Shown here: positions 54,522 through 64,000 of the stretch, piece after piece
Position numbering within the stretch: the first letter of the stretch is position 1
Layout: each line of letters starts with the position of its first letter
Source of the DNA: Octopus sinensis
Lineage: Eukaryota
Length of the DNA stretch: 64,000 nt
Reading direction: 5' to 3'
NCBI RefSeq assembly: GCF_006345805.1
Contig: NC_043005.1
Span: forward strand, 83,886,001 to 83,950,000
Position numbers and translations under genes: made by a program
The notes under the pieces: generated by a model
What the model was told of the DNA's origin: nothing
Seen by the model: only the letters and a program-made list of their open reading frames with translations
Databases searched by the model: none

Positions 54522-55067
54522 CGAAAACTATCTGAAATTTTTATCGTATAGCAAATTTTATTAATCGTTAACTCATATACGGGCGAAAAAACAGTTGTAC
54601 TATATAGTGGAGCTTTACCTCCATTAAAATTCTCGTATTATACATACATTCATACACATAGCAATTTTTATTCTAGTAGGTTTCAAGTTTATATCTCATT
54701 TTCTCATGCCTAAGATATTTATTTTTTCTGTATTCTGTTTTTTATATATCTGTTTATTTTCAAGCTTTATATTTGTATCTATCATTTATTTTAACGGAAA
54801 CATATCAGGGATTTTGTCCAGTTCTGGAAAAATCATATTACGATCCTTGTACGGAGAAAGGATGAAACGACCTCATGACCTTTTTGTCGGGTATTCTTTT
54901 GTGTTTGTAATGGATGGCGTCATGCGCAATAGTTTTTGCGACAGCTGAAGAAGTGCTATGATTATGGTACCTTTTAGAGAGAAACTTGAAGCCATGAATG
55001 TAAGCAACGACATTATGTAAAATTTCTAACTGAATTTCTTTCTTTGGTCTCTTTTAGCAACTGAGCT

Positions 55068-55481
55068 GGGATCTGTTCAGTTTGAACCGCAGTTTTTAGA
55101 AATAATTTCCACGTAACTAAACACTTTTAAACTTCGTATAGTGGTAGAATGTGTTTATAAAACATCTTTTTCTCTTGGCTTTATTGAGAAAATTCTATTG
55201 TTTGTAAGATATTTGTTTTTTTTTTGTCTTCAATTTCTGCAATTTCAACCAATCAATGACGTCTATTGAGGTGAAAACATTCTGTGCCGTATGAATATGT
55301 CTCTCGTTTAAGAAACAGATTGGGTTTATTTACAGTTCTGAAGAAAAAAAGATACCCTTCCCCCTAACCCTAACCCTAAAACAGATTGAAATGCAATAAA
55401 TCGATACTAGGGTTATAATTATGGGTGACAATTTCATATGGCACCGCTAGAAAAAACTGCCGTTCAAACCGAAAAGATCCT
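55068..55481. mobile_element. MITE with ~30 bp TIRs, 6 bp TSD TGAGCT and internal (CCCTAA)3
   Basis: GGATCTGTTCAGTTTGAACCGCAGTTTTT / AAAAACTGCCGTTCAAACCGAAAAGATCC. Confidence 0.8.
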
Positions 55482-55595
55482 TGAGCTGAGCTTCTAGCTC
55501 TTATTTCTGTCAGGTTGATGCTTTTCTGCATTCTTACACTCCGTGCTTATATATATATATATGTGTGTGTGTGCGTGTGATATATACATATTTGA

Positions 55596-55920
55596 AGGCG
55601 CGTGGCTTAGTGGTTAGGAGTATTCAGCTCACGATCGTAAAGTCGTGAGTTCGATTTCTGGCGGCATGTTCTGCCCTTGACCAAGAGACGATACTTCACA
55701 TAACTCTAGTTCACTCAGCTGGCAATATTGTATGAGTTGTACCTGTATTTCAAAAGGTCATCCTAGTCCCATTCTGTGTCATGCTTAATCTCTCCGAGAA
55801 TTGCATGAAGGGAATGCATGTCTGTGGAGTGCTCAGCCACTTGCACATTAATCTCCCGAGCAGGCTGTTCCGTTGATCAGGTCAACTGGAACCCTCGTCG
55901 TCGTAACCGACGGAGTGCCA
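55596..55920 (+). mobile_element. SINE family C (diverged)
   Basis: shares head and 3' end (GTCGTAACCGACGGAGTGC) with 6603-6988. Confidence 0.75.
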
Positions 55921-56809
55921 ATATTAGTAGTATTATACATAATATATATAAATGTAAATTGCATGGCATTGTGTGCATATGGAAATATCAAAATAGAAAT
56001 CTACGAAAAGTTCTAGGCTTACAAAGAATATAACGTTTTTTTTATATTTCAAAATGAAATCTGGATCATTTAGTAAGGGAGGTAACTATCTTTATAATAA
56101 ACGTACAAAACTAGCTAATATTTTTTTGTTTTATTTTGCCGAACAAATCGACCTCGGGACTTATTCTTTGTAAGCCTTGTACTTATTCTACAGGTCACTT
56201 TTGCTGAACCGTTAAGTTTCGGGAACGTAAACACACCAACATCGATTGTCAAGCGATGGGGGGGGGGGGGACACAAACACAGACACACAAATACATACAT
56301 ACATACATACATACATACATGCATACATACATACATACATACATACGTACATACATGCATGGTGGCTGCCCCCTCGTTATCGAGTATGGCCATTGCACGA
56401 AGCTTAATCAATTTTGTTATCGTGCAATGGCTGTGAAAGAAGATTTTTTTTAAAGTGAGGAAAGGCTGTGCACTGAGTCAATCCCACTCACTAAGCACCA
56501 GCAGCCATAATCCGAAAAGAAGAACAAGTCAACATCATCGGTAACCACTGAGCCGCAGGTTTTATGTCGGAGTTATCCCAGTTACCTGAGTTACCTTCTC
56601 CTAGAATGATGCCCAAACAAAGGTTAGGAGTCCTTCACTCCCAATGGTTTAACCGCGCAATCGGGTATTCAGTCCGATTATTTCTCTGTCCCTGCGCATG
56701 ATACAGCCTTAAGACATTTATTGGATGGCCATTGACTCTCAAGTGTTCCTCCGCCCTTTGTTGGGTCTTTATTGTTAATATTATTGTTATTATACGACGG
56801 ATATACGCC

Positions 56810-57945
56810 ACATCAAAGGGACGATCAACTTAGCAGCCGATGCACTTTCACGCACGCAGATCAATGCTATCAACGCCACGGCTACAATTGATCTGGCACG
56901 TATAGCAGCTGACCGGGAGAATGACGAAGAACTTCTAAAGTTCTGGAATTCCTCATCTCTGAAATTTCAGCATGTTCCGCTACCATCATCCGCGGCCCAT
57001 ATTTGGTGTGATATCTCCACTGGTCACCAACGCCCCTATATACCACAGAAACATCGTTGAGAAGTTTTCTCCGTTCTGCATTCACTGTCACATCATAGTA
57101 TTCGCTCCACTCAAAAGCTGATAGCGACCCGTTTTGTGTGGACCAGTATCAACAAGGATATCAGAGAATGGACCAAGTGCTGTGTCATGTGCCAAAAAGC
57201 GAAAATCTACTGGCACATAAAATCACCAATCGGTTCCTTTTCGTAACCCAATGCACGATTCCAGCACGTTTACATTGACATCGTGGGACCTCTGCCACCT
57301 TTGCAGAATTATACACATTTGCTTACCTGCGTGGATTGTTTTTCGCGGTAGCCCGAAGCTTAGCCCTTATCTGATACATCGGCAGAAATGGTCGCCAAAA
57401 CATTGATATCACAATGGGTTTCGTGTTTTGGCACACCCGCAACAATCACTACTGACAGAGGACATCAGTTCGATTCCCACCTCTTCACCGAGCAGCCTCG
57501 TCTCCTCGGGTGTAAACACACCCGCACTACGGCTTACCACCCTGCAGCAAATGGCATGGTCAAACGTTTTCACTGCCACCTCAAGGCATCTATAAAAGCA
57601 TCTTCAGACAGTTCTCACTGGCTAGAACATCTCCCTCTCATCCTCCTTGGTATTCGATCCACGGTTAAGGAGGAACTTGGATATACTCCAGCCAAACTTG
57701 TCTATTGCATCTATTGAACTTCATCTGCCAATTCTGACTCTGCAACTCAGCTTGTTCATGTTCATCTAGCTGCTTGCTATAATATAAAGGACAGAAAGGC
57801 AATAATAATAATAATAATAATAATAATAATTTATTTCTTTATTGCCCACCGGGAGCTAAACATAGAGGGGACAAACAAAGACAGACAAAGGGATTAAGTC
57901 AATTACATCGACCCCAGTCTATTGCACATCACTCACCTTACCTGG
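56810..57945 (+). mobile_element. Gypsy-type LTR retrotransposon integrase remnant
   Basis: HHCC zinc finger (LHSLSH...CVMCQKAK), HVYIDIVGPLP, ITTDRGHQF, RTTAYHPAANGMV; several stops. Confidence 0.88.
57713..57918 (-). repeat. inverted copy of 58252-58441 inserted into the integrase
   Basis: reverse-complement match; flanked by TCTATTGCA direct repeats. Confidence 0.88.
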
Positions 57946-58109
57946 GCAGAGAGTAAAAAAAATAGAAATAAAAATAAAAAAGTAAACAAAGAAAATAAAG
58001 GCAGGGAAAAGTGAGAGAAAATTCACAGCTTCAATGCTCTTCTCTTTTGCACTTCCTGTATGGATGGTAAGCCAGAGATCATTGTTAAATTATTATTATC
58101 ATTAATAAG

Positions 58110-58327
58110 TGGCAAGCTGGTAGAATTGTTAGCACGCTGGGTGAAATGTTAAGCAGTATTTCATCTGCTGTTATGTTCTGAGTTCAAATTCTACCGAGGT
58201 TGACTTTGATTTTCATCCTTTCAGGGTCGATTAACTAAGTACCAGTTTCGCACTGGGGTCGATGTAATTGACTTAATCCCTTTGTTTGTCCCCTCTATGT
58301 TTAGCCCCCAGTGGGCAATAAAGAAAT
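58110..58327 (+). mobile_element. SINE family A
   Basis: similar to 5144-5620. Confidence 0.75.
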
Positions 58328-58798
58328 AAATTATTATTATTATTATTATTATTGCCTTTCTGTCCTTTATATTATAGCAAGCAGCTAGATGAACATGAAC
58401 AAGCTGAGTTGCAGAGTCAGAATTGGCAGATGAAGTTCAATGATCTTGTAACAAAGACCAACAGCATCCTTGGAGACCAGGGATGGTTCTCTGATATATT
58501 ATGATAATTTGGAACCATTCTATGCCAAGGTACTTTTTAAAAAATTTTTGTTGCACCTGTTTTTGCTTCGTAACTTATCTGTTATTTTGGACATTGATGT
58601 AACACCTGGATACAGGTGTGGCTGTGTAGTTGGAAAATTTACGTTTGAAATTATGTTGTTCCACTTTCAATCTGGGTGTGCAGCACCTCAGACGTGTGTC
58701 TTCCACCATAGTCTATGGTCAACCAAAGTTTTCATATTTTAAGCTCAAACCTGGCCCAGGTCATCTTTGCCTTCTGTCAATCCAGTCAATAAAAACAC

Positions 58799-59207
58799 CT
58801 CTTTTACTCTTTTACTTGTTTCAGTTATTTGACTGTGGCCATGCTGGAGCACTACCTTTAGTCGAGCAAATCGACCCCAGGGCTTATTCTTTGTAAGCCT
58901 AGTACTTATTCTATCAGTCTCTTTCACCGAACCACTAAGTTACGGGGATGTAAACACACCAGCATCAGTTGTCAAGTGATGTTGGGGGGACAAACACAGA
59001 CACACAAACACACACACACACATATATACATATACATATATACGACGAGCGTCTTTCAGTTACTGTTTACCAAATCCACTCACAAGGTTTTGGTCGACCT
59101 GAGGCTATAGCAGAAGATACTTGTCCAAGGTGCCATGCAATGGGACTGAACCTGGAACCATGTGGTTGGTAAGCAAGCTACTTACCACACAGTGACTCCT
59201 GCACCTG
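58799..59207 (-). mobile_element. SINE family B
   Basis: similar to 54107-54521. Confidence 0.8.
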
Positions 59208-59329
59208 TTCAATTTACTTGTGCATATTCCTCAAAGTCCCAATATGTGTGCCCTTGGATATATTAGAGATTGTTATTGTTGAGAGCAGAAGCATGGGAGA
59301 TTCATTGGGGAATTGGATAATATTTTAAC

Positions 59330-60455
59330 ATATTTGCTTCAGCACTTTACAATCTGGATTCATATTCCACCAAGGTCAACTTTACATCACAATTTTCTCT
59401 GTGACATTACAATTTTCTTACACACACTGCCTTGCATTCCGAAATACCTCAGTTCTTTGGTCCTCACGTCACTGGACATTGGCAAACTTCTTTTCCACTT
59501 CACTCTTGGCTATGTATACCTGCCACCCAGCCTCCCTTTTGGCTACCTGGTACAGTTCCCTGCTACCCCCACCCTTCCAGGCTTTCCAAGCCTGTTTCTT
59601 TGCTCTAATGGCTTTGTCTACCATACTATTCTACCACCACATAACTCTAGGTCTGGAAGGGACTTTGCATAAACCACAGATTTAGTCTGTGGTACTTAGC
59701 AAGCTGTCACGTAGGAATTTCCAGCTACCTTCTATGTCCAATGTCTGTAGCTCCTCCTCCCTCTCCTGAAATTTCTTGATGAGGATGTCCCTAAATCTCT
59801 GACTATGTGAAGGGTTCTTTAGCTTATAAATCCTTTTTGGGATTGGTCTGCTTCTTGGTATCCTTCAGGCCTCCAGCCTAAAGTCACTAATGACTAGCCT
59901 ATACTGGGAGGTACATTCTTCATTCGGGAGGGTCTTTGTATTTAAAAGCAACCCTGTGTCCCGCTGTGTGGTGAGGATGAAATCAATCTGGATAGCAGAG
60001 TCCCCTGATTGAATGGTTATCAGATGGCTGTCTGGCTTCCTGAAGTTAGTGTTGCAGATTAAAAGGTTACAAGCATCACAGAACTCCAGTAGCCTAGTTC
60101 CCTCATTGTTCCAGGTGCCAATACCATGGCCACCATGTACCCCACTGAAGATACCAGATTCCTGCCCGACATGCCCATTAAAATCTCCAGCCACAAAGAT
60201 GAGGTCATTGCCACTCGTCTTTGAGGTAGCCTGTAGAAGGTTATCATAAAAGTGGTCCTTCTGATCATTTGGTAGCCCCGCATGTGGGGTGTAGGCAGAG
60301 ATAATTGTAGCCGTGCTGTTCTGCAGGACTAGCCTGAGCTTAAGCACTCTATCGTATACCCTAACAACCTCTATGATTTTATCCACCCATTTCTCTGCAA
60401 GGAGTATGCCTACATCCCCTACGCCATCCATGTCACCTTGCCAGAAGACTTTATA
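59330..60455 (-). mobile_element. RTE-like LINE AP-endonuclease and linker fragment
   Basis: GVGDVGILL, IISAYTPH, AGDFNGHVG, LICNTNF, QIDFIL. Confidence 0.85.
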
Positions 60456-60479
60456 CCTTTATATATATATATATATATA

Positions 60480-60671
60480 GTAAATCCAAACATGAAAATG
60501 CAATAACACAAGGATGTGGAACAAATATAGTGTTATTGGACGCTCAGGAAAGGAAAGAAAGAAGGAGGATTTAATGTTTTGAGCGGAGCTCTTCGTCAGA
60601 AACATAGAAAAAAGAAAACTCCAAGGAAGGGAAGACGGAGGAAAAAAATCGTCAACGATACACACGCGATC
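60480..60671 (-). mobile_element. second copy of the ~200 bp hammerhead-motif repeat
   Basis: GTTT-CTGACGA-A-GAGC TCC GCTC-AAAA-CA-TT-AAAT at 60569-60603. Confidence 0.6.
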
Positions 60672-61509
60672 ATATATTGAATATATGTATATGTTTGTGT
60701 GTCTGTGTTTTTCCACCCACCATTGCTTGACAAAAGATGTTGGTATATTTATGTCCCCGTAACTTAGCAATTTGACAAAAGAAACTGATAGAATAAGCAC
60801 TAGACTTACAAAGAATAAGTTCTGGGGTTGATTTTTTCAACTAAAGGCTGTTCTCCAGGCTTGCCACAGTCAAATGATTGAAACAAGTAAAAGAGTAAAA
60901 GAATTAATTTATATTCCAGACACAAGCTTAATAACAACGAATTTATTTCATTAAATTCCTCATTATTTTCAAAATTAAAGGCAGCATATTTCAACAGAAA
61001 ATGTTTAACAAACGGGCTAATGACATTAAATGGATGAGGGATAAATCTGTTCCTGGATAAGAACACAGGCTGCACTATAATTAATTCTGTGTAATCTGAT
61101 ACCTAATCTCAACAATTAGAAGAACTGAGACAGGTTGACTGAATAATATTCACCAAAACGTTTCTAAAGAGATTTGAACTTCTGACCCACATATTTCCAG
61201 TGGAATGCATAACTGTGGGTCTGGTGATTTATATCAACTTGACTGATTCACTCGATCCCATGTAAAATATAGGTAAACATGGAATCTCCTATTAGGGCGG
61301 TGAACTGGCAGAATTGTTAGCATGCCAGATGAAATGCTTAGCAGTAATTTATTTGTCTTTACGTTCTGAGTTCAAATTCTGTTGAGGTTGACTTTGTCTT
61401 TCACCTTTCAGGGTTGATAATATAAGTACAGTTGAACACTGTGGCTGATGTAATCAACTCATCTCCTGTCCTGAAATTGCTGGCTTTCAGACGAAATTTG
61501 AAACCAATT

Positions 61510-61880
61510 CTTTTATTCTTTTAGTTATTCCAATCATTTAACTGTGGCCATGCTGGAACACCGCCTTTAGTCGAGTAAATCAACCCTAGGACTTATTCTA
61601 TCGGTCTCTATTGCTGAACTACTAAGCTACAGGGATGTAAACACACCAACATCGGTTGTCAAGTGATATTGGTGGGACAAACACAGACACAAACACACAT
61701 ACACACACACACATACGACGGGCTTCTTTCAGTTTCCGTCTACCAAATCCACTCACAAGGTTTTGATCAGCCTGAGGCTATAGCAGAAGACATTTGCTCA
61801 AGGTGCCACGCGGTGGGACTGAACCTCAAACCATATGGTTGAGAAGCAAGCTACTTACCACACAGCCACTCCTGCACCTA
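61510..61880 (-). mobile_element. SINE family B
   Basis: similar to the other family B copies. Confidence 0.8.
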
Positions 61881-62610
61881 GAAAAACAAAGCCAAAACCC
61901 ATTTTCCATTATAGATAATTATGTAACTATTTTTATTTTGTTATAGAATTGTACATGACAAAACTCAAAACGTTCATGTTACTAAATTTTTTGAAATTTT
62001 TCATAAAAGAGAGAATGTTTCACACTGTGGACAAAAGCAGCATCTGCATTCAAATCTGAAACCACCCATTGGTAAAGTTTTTAAAATGCTATCTGCAAAA
62101 CGAGCAAAGTGAATGAATAAATAAAAAGAAATAATAAAAAAAACAGTTTTAAGACTGAAACGGTAATTTAATCTACTTCTCAGTAAAATTAAAGATTCAT
62201 TATTATTCTTCTCAGCACAGATGTTCTGTTACTCGCTTCACCAGGTTCTTATGTACTCAAAATTCACCCACTGGTATTAAAAGAGGTTCCCCTACCCATT
62301 TCTTTATAGAATATGATGCCATTAAGAAACCAAACAAAAATGTTATGTAACAGGATATATTTGTGTTATTCACTGGATAAATTGACTCCTCCCTGAGATA
62401 ATTGTTACAGACATAGCAGACAGTCTCAGATGTTGACAAGAAATTTTAACTCTGAGCTGCAGAAATTGGCCATAACTGATCCTTTTTTTAAACAGAAATA
62501 AAGGTGAATACATCCTTACCATATCTCTGTTGAAATACACTGACTTTGTTTCAATTAATTTTGAGAATAACGAAGATGTTTTTAAATTAATGTTAATCAT
62601 TATTAATCTC

Positions 62611-63360
62611 TGGCATCCGTTGCTAGTGGAACTCTAAGAGTACCATACGAGTGAGATTGTTGCCAGAGCAACAAGCTGGCCTTCGTGCCGATGGCACGTT
62701 AAGCACACCATTCGAGAGCTGGACTGGCTCCTGTGTAGGTGGCACATAAAAAGCACCATTTGGGCGTGGTCGTTGCCAGTACCACCAAACTGGCCCTCGT
62801 GCCGGTGGCACATAAAAGCACCCAATACATTCTTAAGAGTGGTTGGTGTTAGGAAGGGCATCCAGCTGTAGAAACTCTGCCAGATCAGATTGGAGTCTGG
62901 TTCGCCAGACCTCAGTCAAACCGTCCACCCCATGCTAGCAGGGAAAGCGGACATTAAATGATGATGATGATGATGAATCTGGTGTTTGGAACATAAATCC
63001 ACATGAAATTTTGAGGAAAGGTTTCCATTTAGATAACTTTAACCCTTGTCATACCATATATCTGTTGAATTACAATGCATTTCTTTCAATTGATTTTGAA
63101 ATTAGTGAAGAATTTAGTAAAATAACTTCCGTGCCGGTGGCACGTAAAGAGCACCATCCAATCGTGTCTGTTGCCAGCCTCCTCTGGCCCGTGCTGGTGG
63201 CACGTAAAAAGCACCCACTACACTCTTTGAGTGGTGGTGTTAGGAAGGGCAGCCAGCTGTAGAAACACTGCCAGATCAGACTGGAGCCTGGTGCAATCTC
63301 CTGGTTTCCCAGACCCCGCATGGAAAACAGATGTTAAACGGTGATGGTGGTGGTGGTGGT
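62611..63360 (+). mobile_element. two retroposon 3' ends with GTGCCGGTGGCACGTAAAA repeats and (GAT)n/(GGT)n tails
   Basis: 62611-62975 and 63128-63360 share GTTAGGAAGGGCA.CCAGCTGTAGAAAC..TGCCAGATCAG. Confidence 0.6.
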
Positions 63361-63749
63361 GGTGCTGCTGCTGTTTGGAAGAGAAATTACAGTGTAAGCT
63401 CAGTTGATGGTTTTTAATTTAAATCATTTTTAAAACAGAAGTTTGTGTCATGGAACCAGGCATGGTCTCAGGCTGGTTGGAACCAAAAGGGTTAATTATA
63501 TAGTTACAGAACTCCAACACCTCAAGCAATTAAAGTTGAAATCTTCAAAGTATTGAATGTGCTAATTAGAGTTACAAAATACCCCACAGCCTCACTTCCA
63601 ATCACTGTGTCATTAGAGAAGCTTTTTTTAAAAAAAATCCATCAATTAGGAACGTTCAGTCATGTTTTGCTCTACCGACTGACAGAATGTTTTCTTAGAA
63701 TAGAATTCAGTTGTTTAGGTCTCATAACAAAATCTTGTCTAGTTTTTAT

Positions 63750-64000
63750 ACAGGCTGTTTGGTAAGTAGCTTGCTTACCAACCACATGGTTCCGCGTTCA
63801 GTCCCTCTGCGTGGCACCTTGGGCGAGTGTCTTCTACTATAGCCTCCGACCAGCCAAAGTGTGAGTGGATTTGGTAGACGGAAACTGAAAGAAGCCCGTC
63901 GTATATATGTATATATATATATATGTGTGTGTGTATGTGTCTTTGCGTGTCTGTGCTTGTTCATCCCCCAACATCGCTTGACAACCGATGCTGGTGTGTT
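63750..64000 (+). mobile_element. SINE family B, running off the window end
   Basis: reverse complement of the other family B copies. Confidence 0.75.

Noticed and set aside
55362-55379. Telomere or chromosome-fusion relic
   Set aside because: Only three repeats, internal to a MITE
56362-56680. Possible HDV-like ribozyme in a LINE 5' UTR-like segment (also ~6030-6200)
   Set aside because: A hairpin is visible (CCATTGCACGA/TCGTGCAATGG) but I could not trace the double pseudoknot
62680-63210. CRISPR-like spaced repeats (GTGCCGGTGGCACGTAAAA)
   Set aside because: Irregular spacing, part of retroposon 3' ends, eukaryotic context and no cas genes

Overview
AT-rich, microsatellite-dense animal genomic DNA. 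The SINE and repeat complement looks octopus/cephalopod-like, which is an inference and was not verified. There is one host gene: the 3' seven coding exons (1857-21767, + strand) of an SLC22/Orct-type organic cation transporter (MFS), whose 5' exons lie upstream of the window. The region 14116-52053 is a degenerate tandem array of a ~14-15 kb unit: two full copies, one internally deleted copy and one truncated copy. Copy 2 carries an intact duplicate of the last three transporter exons. The rest is decayed transposons (Penelope-like elements with minimal hammerhead-ribozyme motifs, mariner/Tc1, R4/Dong-like and RTE-like LINEs, Helitrons, a Gypsy integrase and solo LTR, tRNA-derived SINEs, a MITE) plus two templated inverted insertions. 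The most interesting hypothesis is alternative use of two 3' exon cassettes, with a ~580 bp inverted repeat bracketing the first exon of the proximal cassette. All comparisons were made by eye, and repeat boundaries are approximate unless a TSD or terminus is given.
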